Shown here: one piece after another, positions 9,437 through 18,746 of the stretch
Position numbering within the stretch: the stretch's first letter is position 1
How the letters are laid out: every line of letters starts with the position of its first letter
Assembly (NCBI GenBank): GCA_044229975.1
Contig: JBGARZ010000010.1
Coordinates: 224,001-288,000 of the forward strand
Length of the DNA: 64,000 bases
Source of the DNA: Polyangiales bacterium
GTDB lineage: Bacteria > Myxococcota_A > Polyangia > Polyangiales > Ga0077539
Direction of reading: 5' to 3'
Notes under the pieces: model-generated
Databases searched by the model: none
Seen by the model: the letters and a program-made list of their open reading frames with translations, nothing else
What the model was told of the DNA's origin: nothing
Program-made: the position numbers and the translations under genes

Positions 9437-10507
9437 GTGATCATCACCGCTCCCGAGAACCTCTTCTACGACCTCGACGAGGCGCTCGCGCAGCCCGATC
9501 GCGTCGAGGCCTTCTACCTCCATGACCACCAGATGGAGGCGCTCCCCGACGCCCTCCTTCACCTCCCCAACCTGCGCGCGCTGCGCCTCGCGCTGCCGCG
9601 TCTTCGTCGGCTGCCCGACGAGTTCCCCGCTGTCACCGAGCTGTCGCTGGAAGGAACCTCCGCGCTCGACCTCGACCAGGCCTTCGTGCGCCTTGGCGCG
9701 CTGCCGTCGCTCAACGCCCTCGGCGTGTACTCCGTCGCTGCGTCGCTGCCGCCGTCCGTCGGGCGCCTCACGCAGCTCGACGCGCTTGCGATGGATGGCG
9801 GCGCGCCTGATCCGGTGCCCGCCGCGATCGGTCGGCTCACCGGTCTCACCCGACTCAGGCTCACGTCGCTCTCGCTCAGCGCGCTGCCGCCGGAGCTCGG
9901 CGACCTCGCGTCGTTGCGGTCGCTGCACATCATGGGCGGCGTCATCAACGGGCGCCCGGTGACCATCGAGCGCCTGCCCGACTCCATCGGCCGCCTCGCC
10001 TCCCTCGAAGAACTCTTCCTCTGGCACCTCCCGCTTACCGAACTGCCGACCACCCTCGGCGGGCTCACCGCGCTGCGCCGACTCACCGTCGCCTTCGCGA
10101 AGTTTTCCACGCTGCCCGACTCGGCCCGCGAGCTCATCTCGCTGGAAGAGCTCGCGCTGCGCGGTCCTCCCATCGACGTCGCCCAACTCGTGAAGGTGCT
10201 TGCCCCGCTACCTCGCCTCCGTCGCCTCGCGCTGGAGTGTTGCAGCGAGGTGTCTCTCACTCGTGGGCTCGTCTCCCTGGAATCGCTCTCGGAGTTGTTG
10301 GTTCCGCGGTGCATGAACTTCAGCGTCGAGGAGGGCTTCGCGCCGCCCCCGCAGCTGGCCCTGCTCTCGGTGCCGAAGTGGAACCTCACCGCCGTCACCC
10401 GCGACCGCCTCGACGCGGCGCTGCCGAAGAAGCGCTGGAGCGGTCGCAACGAGCGCGACGAGCGCATCTACCGGCGCAAGGCCCCGAAGGCGCCGCGCGT
10501 TCCGTGA
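9437..10507 (+). CDS. Leucine-rich repeat protein
   Basis: Repeated LP.S/EIG.L..L..L.L units. Confidence 0.88.
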   Translation: MIITAPENLFYDLDEALAQPDRVEAFYLHDHQMEALPDALLHLPNLRALRLALPRLRRLPDEFPAVTELSLEGTSALDLDQAFVRLGALPSLNALGVYSVAASLPPSVGRLTQLDALAMDGGAPDPVPAAIGRLTGLTRLRLTSLSLSALPPELGDLASLRSLHIMGGVINGRPVTIERLPDSIGRLASLEELFLWHLPLTELPTTLGGLTALRRLTVAFAKFSTLPDSARELISLEELALRGPPIDVAQLVKVLAPLPRLRRLALECCSEVSLTRGLVSLESLSELLVPRCMNFSVEEGFAPPPQLALLSVPKWNLTAVTRDRLDAALPKKRWSGRNERDERIYRRKAPKAPRVP

Positions 10508-12870
10508 CGCGTGGCCGCTCGACACCGGGTGCGCTCGTCGGTCGACGGCGTGAGCTCGCACTGCTGACCACGTCGCTGCGAGCGCGCTCGGCGCTGGTGA
10601 CGGTCCATGGTCCTGGGGGTGTGGGCAAGACGGCGCTCGCGGCGGTCGCAGCGGCGGCCGCGAGGGCGAGCGGGCGCTTTCCGGGGGGCGTCGTAGAAGT
10701 GTCGCTCGTCGGGCTCACCACCGCCGATGCGCGGGTGCTCGCGGCGCGCGTGGCGGCGGGTCTGGGCGTGGTCGCGCGTGCGAGGGTGGGTCACGACGCC
10801 GTGGCCGCGGCCCTCGCCGCGCGGGGCAGGGCGCTGGTGGTGCTCGACGAGTGCGAGGGCGTCGTCGAGGCGCTGGGGGTGGTTCTTCCGGGGTGGCGTG
10901 AGGTGGCGGCCGACGTGGCGTGGCTGCTCACCTCGCGGCGTGCGCTGGGCTTCCGCGACGAGCGCGTGGTCACGCTGGAGGGGCTCACCACCGCGTCGGC
11001 CGTGGTGCTGTTCGCGGCGCGGCTCGCGCACGCCCGCCCGGGGTTCGCGCCCGCCGACTCCGACGTCGCGTCGATGGAACACATCGCCCGCGCCCTCGAC
11101 GGCCTGCCGCTCGCCCTGGAGCTCGCCGCCTCGACCGCCGCGTCGCAGCCGCTCGCCTCGCTCGCTGCGTCGCTCGTGGCGCACCCGCTGCGGCTCGTCG
11201 GAGCGCCCGATCGCAAGGCCCGCCACCGCAGCCTCGCGGCCGCCGTGGAGTCGTCGCTCGCGGACCTCGGTCCTGCGGCCACGGCCGATCTCGCGGCGCT
11301 TGCCACGCTGCGCGCTCCCTTCGACCTCGATGCGGCGGCTGCGGTCATGGGTCGCGACGCGACGACGGTGCTGTCGGCGCTGGTGGCTCGCTCGCTGGCG
11401 CGCGTCGACGAGGTGAGCGGGCGTCACCGTCTCTACGCCGCGGTGCGGGCGTTTGCGCTCGAACACCTCGACCACGCCGATGCGTTGGCGCGGCACGCGG
11501 CGCACTTCAGCGAGCGGGGAGAGCGCTGGGCGCGGGCCTTTCATGACGGCGACGCGGGGTGGGCGAGGCCGCACCTCGACGCGGCGGTGGACGACCTCTT
11601 CGCGGCGGCGACGTGGACGGGGGTGAGCCTCGCGCAGCGGGTGACGCTGGTGGCGGCGTTGGATGCGGCGCTGACGCCGAGGGGCGGCTCGGATGCGCTC
11701 GATGGGTTGATGGACGAGACCGTCGCGTGGGCGGAGCGCGAGGGCGACGACACGGCATTGGTACGGTCGCGAACGATTCGGGCGAGGGGTCGCTTCCTGC
11801 GGGGTCAGGTGGCGCTCGCGGAGGAGGACGTGGTCGCGATGCGGGCGGCGACGGGGGCCGAGGGGTGGGCGCGGCGCGAGGCGATGGTGTTGCACTCGGC
11901 GGTGCTGCGCGGGGCGGGGCGCGCGGCCGAAGCGTTGGCGGCGGCGGAAGAGGGGATGGCGGCGGCCGAGGCGGCGGGTGACGACGACGCGTGGTTGCGC
12001 GCGGCGCACCAGCGGGCGAGCGCGCGGGTGTCGATGGGCGATCGGGTGGGCGCGCGGGAGGAGTACCTCGCGCTGCTGGCGAGGGCGCGGTCGCGGGGCG
12101 CGCGGCGGGTCGAGGCGCTGTGCCTGTCGAACCTGGGCATCGTGTCCGAAGAGGACGGCGCGCTGGAGGAGGCGGCGCTGCGCTTCGGGCTGGGCATCGC
12201 GGCCTTCGTGGCGGTGGGCGAGCGGCTGCTGGCGGCGAAGATCACCGCGGGCCTGGCGCGGGTGCTGGTGGCGCAGGGGGCGCTCGACGAGGGGGCGGCG
12301 CGGGTGGCGGAGGCGACGGCGATGGCGGCGGAGTCGCGCGACCAGGAGACGGCCATCGAGGCGGCGCTGGTGGGGGCGCGAATCAGTCGGCTGCGGGGAA
12401 GGAGCGCCGAGGCGGCGGTGGCGGTGGAGGACGCGTACGCGACGGCGTGGGCGCTCCGGATGTACGAACTGGCGGCGGTGGCGGCCGGGATGCGGGCAGA
12501 GGGCGGGGCGGCGGGCGGAGGAGCGGGCGCGCTGCGGGTGGGCGCAGGGGCGTATTGGTTCGAGGCGCCGAGTGGGAGTGGTGGTGGTGGCGGCGGTGGC
12601 GGCGGGCGGGTGGAGCTGGGGCGACGGCCGTCGTTGCGGCGGGTGCTGGCGCATCTGGTGGAGCTGCGGGCCAGGGAGCCGGGCGCGGCGGCGAGCGTGG
12701 AGGTGTTGTTGGCAGCGGGGTGGCCGGGCGAGCGGGTGCTGCCGGAGGCGGGCGCCGAACGGGTGTACACGGCGGTGCGGACGCTGCGCGGGATGGGGTT
12801 GGCGGCGGTGCTGGTGCGGCGCGATGGGGGGTATGCGTTGGACCCGGCGGTTGCATTGGCGCAGGGGTGA
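10504..12870 (+). CDS. STAND (NB-ARC-like) ATPase with TPRs and C-terminal winged-HTH; probable transcriptional regulator
   Basis: LVGRRREL, Walker A GPGGVGKT, Walker B LVVLDECE, GxP motif LDGLPLALELAA, TPR helices (LSNLG), C-terminal L..AGWPGE...RVYTAV..LR.MGL...L.R..GGY.LDP. GTGA overlap with the LRR stop. Confidence 0.85.
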   Translation: MTRGRSTPGALVGRRRELALLTTSLRARSALVTVHGPGGVGKTALAAVAAAAARASGRFPGGVVEVSLVGLTTADARVLAARVAAGLGVVARARVGHDAVAAALAARGRALVVLDECEGVVEALGVVLPGWREVAADVAWLLTSRRALGFRDERVVTLEGLTTASAVVLFAARLAHARPGFAPADSDVASMEHIARALDGLPLALELAASTAASQPLASLAASLVAHPLRLVGAPDRKARHRSLAAAVESSLADLGPAATADLAALATLRAPFDLDAAAAVMGRDATTVLSALVARSLARVDEVSGRHRLYAAVRAFALEHLDHADALARHAAHFSERGERWARAFHDGDAGWARPHLDAAVDDLFAAATWTGVSLAQRVTLVAALDAALTPRGGSDALDGLMDETVAWAEREGDDTALVRSRTIRARGRFLRGQVALAEEDVVAMRAATGAEGWARREAMVLHSAVLRGAGRAAEALAAAEEGMAAAEAAGDDDAWLRAAHQRASARVSMGDRVGAREEYLALLARARSRGARRVEALCLSNLGIVSEEDGALEEAALRFGLGIAAFVAVGERLLAAKITAGLARVLVAQGALDEGAARVAEATAMAAESRDQETAIEAALVGARISRLRGRSAEAAVAVEDAYATAWALRMYELAAVAAGMRAEGGAAGGGAGALRVGAGAYWFEAPSGSGGGGGGGGGRVELGRRPSLRRVLAHLVELRAREPGAAASVEVLLAAGWPGERVLPEAGAERVYTAVRTLRGMGLAAVLVRRDGGYALDPAVALAQG

Positions 12871-12915
12871 TAGACAGTCGAGCGCAGCCGACTGAGATCT
12901 TATACGGAGCGAGTC

Positions 12916-13323
12916 ATGCCAGCGTGGCCTAGGTTCCTGTTCACGGACTTCGCGGACGACGACCTGGACCTCTATTACGAACTCGATGACGAAGGCCATG
13001 TTCTGCGCGACATCAACGTCCGCCAGTCTTCGGGTGAGCCGCTGACTGCTGCTTCGCGCGACGAATGGTATGCCGCTCGGGACTTCGGGGACTTGCATGC
13101 CTATCGGACGAAGTTCGGTGGGGTGGGCGAGGGCGAGGTCGGCTCTGCGTTGAGCGACGTCTTCCCGTGGCGGGCAGTCAGCGAGGTCGAGTTTGAGGAG
13201 TTGTGGTCACGGGCGCGAACTGCATGTGAGGAGCGTTGGAGGGCGGGCGGCAGGGAAGCGTACGAGCGCAGTGAGTGGTTTGGGCGCTGGGTACCGTTGA
13301 ACGCAGACCGGTCGAAGGAGTGA
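12916..13323 (+). CDS. Hypothetical protein (acidic/aromatic, immunity-protein-like)
   Basis: ATG with GGAG upstream; first gene of the AT-richer island. Confidence 0.7.
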   Translation: MPAWPRFLFTDFADDDLDLYYELDDEGHVLRDINVRQSSGEPLTAASRDEWYAARDFGDLHAYRTKFGGVGEGEVGSALSDVFPWRAVSEVEFEELWSRARTACEERWRAGGREAYERSEWFGRWVPLNADRSKE

Positions 13324-13424
13324 GTCCTGCGCAACTCGTATGACAAGGCGATTGTGCCGACCGCTGTCTCCTCACTCACTACCAACCCGCTGTGCCTGCT
13401 GCGGAGGCTCCTAAAGGTCTGTCA

Positions 13425-14261
13425 ATGAACTCCCTGATCCAGCAGATCCGCGCCGCGGGAGTTGAACTACGACCCGGCTTGACTGCGGCTCAACTGGCGG
13501 AGTTTCGCGTTGCTCTCGGCGCGGACCTGCCATCCGATCTCGCGTCGCTCTACGTCGACCACGACGGCATGCTCGGCACCTCGAACCTGCCAATGCGAAT
13601 GCTCTCGTGCGCTGAGGCGCTTCGCGAGAATACGGCTGTGCGCGCTTTCGACGGGCAACTTCTGGAGCCCGGCGCCTGCTTGTTCTGGACGGACGACCAC
13701 AGCAATTACGCCGGGGTCTTCCTGAGCGGCCCGCTGGTGCATCGCGTCTTCATCCTCGATCACGACGACCCAGAACTGACGCCTCGATTCTTCGATGTAA
13801 GGTCATTCACGCGGCACCTGCTGGCCCACCCCGATGACGTGCTCGGCGGGGACGGCTACGACTATCCCGCGATCGAGGATCCTGGCCCTACGGCGGCCGA
13901 GGATCGCCGACTCGGGCGGGAGTTTCTTCGCGAACATACCGAGAGTCGGCAAGACCAGCGCACGGCCTTTCTCGCGCTGGCCCTGCTGCCGCCCGAAGAC
14001 ACACACCTCGCCGTCCCGCTGCTGGATTCACCCGATATGTGGATCCAGGAACGAGCGTGCCTTCTGCTCGGGGTGCGCCGTCATCGGGCAGCGATTCCGC
14101 GACTGGTCGAAGTCGCGCGGAGTGGACTGCACAACGGAAGGATCGCGGCCGTTGTCGCCTTGAAGCGGATGGCTACACCGGAGGCTGAGTCCGCTCTGCA
14201 TACGCTCGAAGGCGAGCTCGGCGAAGGCTTCCGGCTGTACTTTCGCCGCGCGTCATCGTAG
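13425..14261 (+). CDS. SMI1/KNR4 (SUKH) domain + HEAT-repeat protein
   Basis: PG.T..QL..F...LG..LP.DL..LY..HDG SUKH core; C-terminal HEAT-like helices. Confidence 0.8.
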   Translation: MNSLIQQIRAAGVELRPGLTAAQLAEFRVALGADLPSDLASLYVDHDGMLGTSNLPMRMLSCAEALRENTAVRAFDGQLLEPGACLFWTDDHSNYAGVFLSGPLVHRVFILDHDDPELTPRFFDVRSFTRHLLAHPDDVLGGDGYDYPAIEDPGPTAAEDRRLGREFLREHTESRQDQRTAFLALALLPPEDTHLAVPLLDSPDMWIQERACLLLGVRRHRAAIPRLVEVARSGLHNGRIAAVVALKRMATPEAESALHTLEGELGEGFRLYFRRASS

Positions 14262-14362
14262 TGCGATGCACATCAAATCGCTGCACCCACTGGAGACGGA
14301 GACGATCGCCCGCGAGGATGCGTCGAACGGCGAGTTCTACCTGCGTGCCGACGGAACGATTC

Positions 14363-14713
14363 ATGAGCTCGCAAAAATTCAGTGACGACCGCGACGACGA
14401 AACGCTGCTCCAGGTTGTGGCGTGGAATCTGGTTCGCTTCTTTGGCTACGAGCAGGACGCTGCCGAGAAGCTGATTGTCACATTCCGCGAGCACTATCGA
14501 TTGCTTTCGCCAGAGTGGGCCGAAAACGACAGCTTTTATCACCATGAAGGAGCCTTTCGGTCGGCTGCGTTCATGCACTTCTATGCGATCAACGGAAGTT
14601 CGATGGGTGCCGGCGGATTCCATGACTGGTTTCAAGCGCAGCATTTCGAGAGCGCTGAACAGGAGGCGTGCAACTACTTCAATGCGGTGTTCTGGACCCG
14701 CGAGAAGGCGTAG
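14363..14713 (+). CDS. Hypothetical protein
   Basis: Compact 116-aa ORF, protein-like composition, inside the island. Confidence 0.6.
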   Translation: MSSQKFSDDRDDETLLQVVAWNLVRFFGYEQDAAEKLIVTFREHYRLLSPEWAENDSFYHHEGAFRSAAFMHFYAINGSSMGAGGFHDWFQAQHFESAEQEACNYFNAVFWTREKA

Positions 14714-14724
14714 ATTCAGCGTGA

Positions 14725-15180
14725 ACTCTCACTCCCGTCCAGCAAGTCGCGACGTTCGGGCCGGGAGGTGACCCGGACTACCTCAAGCATCTATGGGTGG
14801 CGATGGGCCGGAGCAGGCCAGATGAAGAGCAGGTCTCGGTGGTGGGAGCGTCGACGTGGCACCGAGGGCCAGACACGAGGCCAGAACTGCTGGTCTTGAC
14901 GTTTCCAACGCCGGTCGTGCGGAACGAGGCGTACTTCATCGCGGTAGTTCGGCTCGACGACGGATCGTATCGGGTATTCGGCCTGGAGCGGACTGTTCTG
15001 GCGAACGAATCAGAAGGCACCATGCTCGCGGAATTTTCTTCTACCGGCCGTAGCAACTGGGGGATCGGAACAACGGCCATGATCGAAGAATTTGACGCTT
15101 TGACAACCCAGGTCGTATCCGATCCAGAACGCACGGCCACTGGCGTTCGTCTCGATGCAGCTTGGGTAGCGCACCGGTGG
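14725..15180 (+). pseudogene. Probable gene fragment (no convincing start, 3' end degenerates)
   Basis: Protein-like segment YLKHLW...LTFPTP...EAYFIAVV...YRVFGLE...TMLAEF...SNWG follows an in-frame stop at 14722, then runs out of frame over the next gene. Confidence 0.45.
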
Positions 15181-15235
15181 CATCAGCCGGCCGTCGGGCC
15201 GAGAAGAACAGCCCCTTCACCCCGGAGACACTCCC

Positions 15236-15697
15236 ATGAACAAAGTGACGCCTTTCCTCATGTTCAGCGATCAGCTCGAAGCGGCGATCGAGTTCTACAC
15301 CGCGACGTTTCCCAACTCCGAAGTGCGCAACGTCGCCCGCACGGGCAAGGACGGTCCCATCAGCTCCGCCGAGTTCGTCGTCGGTGGTCAATCCTTCATG
15401 GGCTACAACGGAGGCTCGTACTTCAGCTTCTCTGAAGGGGTCTCGTTCTATGTGGACTGCGCGGATCAGGCTGAGGTGGATGAATACTGGGACAAGCTCG
15501 TGAAGGCAGGAGCGACGCCGACCCAGTGCGGTTGGATCAAAGACCCCTTCGGTCTCTCCTGGCAGATCGGTCCGCGACGGTTCACCGAGCTGATCAGCGA
15601 CAAGGACCCCGGGAAGGTGAAGGCTGTGATGGAAGCCATGATGACGATGGTGAAGCTCGACGTGGCGGAGCTCGAAAGAGCCTACGGCGAGGCGTAG
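15236..15697 (+). CDS. VOC / PhnB-like (3-demethylubiquinone-9 methyltransferase-like) protein
   Basis: KVTPFLMF...AIEFY...NGG..F.FSEG.S..V.C.DQ.EVD.YW..L......CGW.KD.FG.SWQI...AMM.M.KLD. Confidence 0.92.
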   Translation: MNKVTPFLMFSDQLEAAIEFYTATFPNSEVRNVARTGKDGPISSAEFVVGGQSFMGYNGGSYFSFSEGVSFYVDCADQAEVDEYWDKLVKAGATPTQCGWIKDPFGLSWQIGPRRFTELISDKDPGKVKAVMEAMMTMVKLDVAELERAYGEA

Positions 15698-15736
15698 TCG
15701 GGCAATGGTCCCAATGCGAACGCGGAGAAACGAACG

Positions 15737-16078
15737 ATGACGAAGTACCTTGTCTCCTTCCCCGCAGCGGCGATGGACGTCTCCGCCGAAGACATGCCCG
15801 CCGTCGGCGAAGCGTCACACGCGGTCATCCGCGAGGCGAAGGAAGCCGGCGTCTATGTGTTCGGCGGTGGTATCAACGCGGCCGTCGCGCCGCTGATGGT
15901 CGCCGCCGACGGCACCGGCACCCACGAGACCTATCCCCAGACCAGTGAGTTCGATGGCGGCTTCTGTGTTCTGGAACTCCCATCGCGCGAAGCCGCCGTC
16001 CAATGGGCCGCGAAGATCGCCAAGGCCTGCCGCTGCTCGCAAGAACTCCGCGAGTTCGGGTACGACCCCGAGAGCTGA
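15737..16078 (+). CDS. YciI/YCII-related protein
   Basis: MTKYL.SF...AGVYVFGGG...GGF.VLE.PSRE.A..WA.KIA.ACRC.QE.REF. Confidence 0.85.
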   Translation: MTKYLVSFPAAAMDVSAEDMPAVGEASHAVIREAKEAGVYVFGGGINAAVAPLMVAADGTGTHETYPQTSEFDGGFCVLELPSREAAVQWAAKIAKACRCSQELREFGYDPES

Positions 16079-16124
16079 CCGGCATGAGAGGCAGACCCGC
16101 GATGCGCGACGGGAGTACCCACCC

Positions 16125-16394
16125 ATGACCTGTGAGAAGTGCGGCCGGGGTTTTGCGCTCGTGACCGGAGGCATGGGCGACTCCGACAGGCCCGGTTACT
16201 ACTTCCGCGTTGGCGTCGCGTTCCTGCTGGTGTTTCTCGTGCTGCTGGCCTTGCGCCTCTTCATCGGGGCCGCGGTCGTGTCTCTGTTCGTGTTCATCAT
16301 GATCGGTTGGGCCTTTGTTGCCATCGGTGATGTTCGTTCGTCAGAGTGTCCAGGGTGCAAGCACCGCAACAAGGTCAAGGCGTGGTCGGTGTGA
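16125..16394 (+). CDS. Small membrane protein with CxxC...CxxC around two TM helices
   Basis: CEKC at the N-terminus, two hydrophobic helices, CPGC near the C-terminus; GGGAG RBS. Confidence 0.65.
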   Translation: MTCEKCGRGFALVTGGMGDSDRPGYYFRVGVAFLLVFLVLLALRLFIGAAVVSLFVFIMIGWAFVAIGDVRSSECPGCKHRNKVKAWSV

Positions 16395-16453
16395 ACTGAC
16401 GTGAATGGCCTTCAACCATCCAAAATCGATGAGCAGACAGAGGGAGGCCGACC

Positions 16454-16795
16454 GTGACGGATGCGATCTACTGTGAGGTATGCCGACTGCCGCACCGGCG
16501 CGGCGTCACGCTGTGCGAGGTCTGTGGGCACTACCTGGGCAGCAAGCCCGATTGGGAGGGCATTCGCGGCGAGCTCCCGCCGCTCCGAACGAAGATGGTC
16601 GTCGGCATGGTCACCCTCCTGGCGATGATCGCTGCGAACGCCTTTCTCTTCGGGGGCGCCGGGTACGTCATCGCGCTGGCGCCGCTCGGGTGGATCGCCT
16701 CCAGCGCCTATCGGCATCACGTCCTGTCCACGCACCTGAAGAACGCTGACCAGGAGGTCGATGACCGCAGGCCCGACCCTCGCGCGCCGCGCTGA
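16454..16795 (+). CDS. Zinc-ribbon + 2-TM hypothetical protein
   Basis: CEVC..CEVC followed by two TM helices; GGGAGG RBS before GTG. Confidence 0.7.
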   Translation: MTDAIYCEVCRLPHRRGVTLCEVCGHYLGSKPDWEGIRGELPPLRTKMVVGMVTLLAMIAANAFLFGGAGYVIALAPLGWIASSAYRHHVLSTHLKNADQEVDDRRPDPRAPR

Positions 16796-16837
16796 CGCCG
16801 CGGCGTGGGCCCGAAGCACCACCGCCGTCGTGATCGG

Positions 16838-18541
16838 TCAGTCCCCCCAGAGGCTCGGCACACCGAAGATCTGTCGACTCAACGCAGGTGTCGCCGCGAA
16901 GGCCAATGGGATCGTCCGCGTCAGGCACGCGGTGTCCGTCGGCGCTCGCGGGTCGCGGAGAAACTGCAGGATCATCTCGCGCCCGCAGGTGGTGCTGGTG
17001 TCGTCGGCGAGCGCTCCCTGCGCCACCACCGAGTGCGCCGCGCCGGGGATCTCCACGTAGCGCTGGAGGGGCGCCCGCAGCCGCGACACGAAGCCGCGCG
17101 CCAGCCGCGCCGGCGTCGCCGAGTCGATCTCCGCGTTGAGCATCAACACCGGAACCTCACTGGCAAAGAACCCCTCCGCCAACGGATCGCGATACCGCGG
17201 CCAGCCCGGTGTCTGCCATCCCGCCTGACGCGACACACCACGACACGCGAGGGTCTCGCCCCAGCGACGGGTGAGCTCGGCGGGCGTCGGGTCGGTGGGC
17301 TCCCAGAGCTCGGAGACGAGGATGTTCACCGCGAGGGGGAAGGAGTAGCCGGAGCCTGGTCCGCCGCCGAAGGCGGGCGTGGCGATGCTGGGGATGAGCG
17401 GCGTCCCCGGAGCGCCCGTCGCGAAGAGAGACGCCACCGCCGACCACTGCGCGCCCCACATCGAGGCGTACAGCGTGGTGAGCGCCGCGCGGTCGCCGTC
17501 GTTGCAACGCATCATGCGATGGATCACCGCGGGGATCGCCCGCCGCTGCGGCGCGCTCATCATCATGTTGCCCAGCGCCGAGCGCAGCAGCCACACGTTG
17601 CGCGCAGGCTGTCCCGCCAGCGGGCAGTGGCCTTCGCCAAGACGGCGGTAGAGCTCGGTGAGGCGCGCGGCGGCGTCGGGCCCGAGTCGGCTGGCGCAGT
17701 CGGGCTCGGCGGCGCAGCGGGCGAGGAGCGCGCGGGCCTCGGTGTCCTCCCAGCGGTCCTCGTCGCTGAGAAGGCAACCGCCGGGCGGACACATCGAATC
17801 GAGGATCACCCCGGCGGACTGCGTCGGCGCGACCTGGAGGTAGCGATGGGCGAGGTACGTCCCGTAGGAGACGCCGAAGACGAAGACGCGGTCGGCGGTC
17901 GCGCGGGTGGCGTCGATGAGACCGGCGATGTCACGGGCGGCCGCGGTGGTGGAGAAGTGGCGCAGGCGATCGCCCCACTCGGCGACCACATCGTCGCGGC
18001 AGCCGGGCCACTCCGACGGGAGGATGCCGGGGCCGCCGGGCGACGTGATGTCCTCGGCGCGCGCGCAGGTGAGCGGGGTCGAAGCGCCGGTTCCGCGGTG
18101 GTCGGGGAGGAAGACGTCGAGGCCAGGGTCGCGCGCTGACAACACGGCCGCGAGCGTCTCGCCGTCGTCACCCGCCTGGCCGGGGCCGCCCATGAGAATC
18201 CACACCGCGCGGCCCGAAGGGGAAGGCGCGCGCAGGTGGCGAACGTGAAGGGTGATGCGCTCGGCGGCGGGGAGGTTCCAGTCGAGGGGGACCTCCACGT
18301 CCGCGCACTCCGCGCGCTGGTCGTCGACGCCCGCGAAGGTCTCGCACGGCGCCCAGTCGATGGTGAGCGAGGAGCGCGGCACATCGGGCGTGGTGTCGAC
18401 GATGGGCGCGGCGTCGATGGCGGGAGGGATGTCGACGGCGGGCGCAGTGTCGACGGCGGCATCGACGGGGGAGGTGGTGGCGGAGCCCGCGCAGCCCGTC
18501 AGGGCGAGGGCGGCGCAGATGAGAGCGGTGGTGGTTCGCAT
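16838..18541 (-). CDS. Alpha/beta-hydrolase lipoprotein (TAP-like peptidase family)
   Basis: Lipobox LTGC; CA.VEVPLDW, GGPG, DHRGTG.S, nucleophile GVSYGT, D.ATP and AHSV. Confidence 0.88.
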   Translation of the reverse strand: MRTTTALICAALALTGCAGSATTSPVDAAVDTAPAVDIPPAIDAAPIVDTTPDVPRSSLTIDWAPCETFAGVDDQRAECADVEVPLDWNLPAAERITLHVRHLRAPSPSGRAVWILMGGPGQAGDDGETLAAVLSARDPGLDVFLPDHRGTGASTPLTCARAEDITSPGGPGILPSEWPGCRDDVVAEWGDRLRHFSTTAAARDIAGLIDATRATADRVFVFGVSYGTYLAHRYLQVAPTQSAGVILDSMCPPGGCLLSDEDRWEDTEARALLARCAAEPDCASRLGPDAAARLTELYRRLGEGHCPLAGQPARNVWLLRSALGNMMMSAPQRRAIPAVIHRMMRCNDGDRAALTTLYASMWGAQWSAVASLFATGAPGTPLIPSIATPAFGGGPGSGYSFPLAVNILVSELWEPTDPTPAELTRRWGETLACRGVSRQAGWQTPGWPRYRDPLAEGFFASEVPVLMLNAEIDSATPARLARGFVSRLRAPLQRYVEIPGAAHSVVAQGALADDTSTTCGREMILQFLRDPRAPTDTACLTRTIPLAFAATPALSRQIFGVPSLWGD

Positions 18542-18746
18542 GGGTCCTCGGCGCGGCAGCGTCGCGGAGGGCACCCGTGCGGAGCGACCGAAAGAACCTG
18601 AAACCTCACGCGCAGACGCCGGGTCCTTCCTCCGATGGCGTGCACGCACCAGCCGCTCGCGCACGGCGATGGGGCGCATCGGCGAAAATCACGATGGCAG
18701 CCCGACGAGGGTGTCGAGCGTCGTGCGGGTGTGTGATGTTCGGGGA

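Noticed and set aside
9218..10186. N-terminal extension of the VIT-vWA ORF to 1121 aa
   Set aside because: It is antisense to the LRR gene and crosses the operator region; VIT similarity begins at MKQTGL (9217).
12570..12610. GGT/GGC triplet run
   Set aside because: Encodes a poly-Gly linker in frame; not a phase-variation tract.
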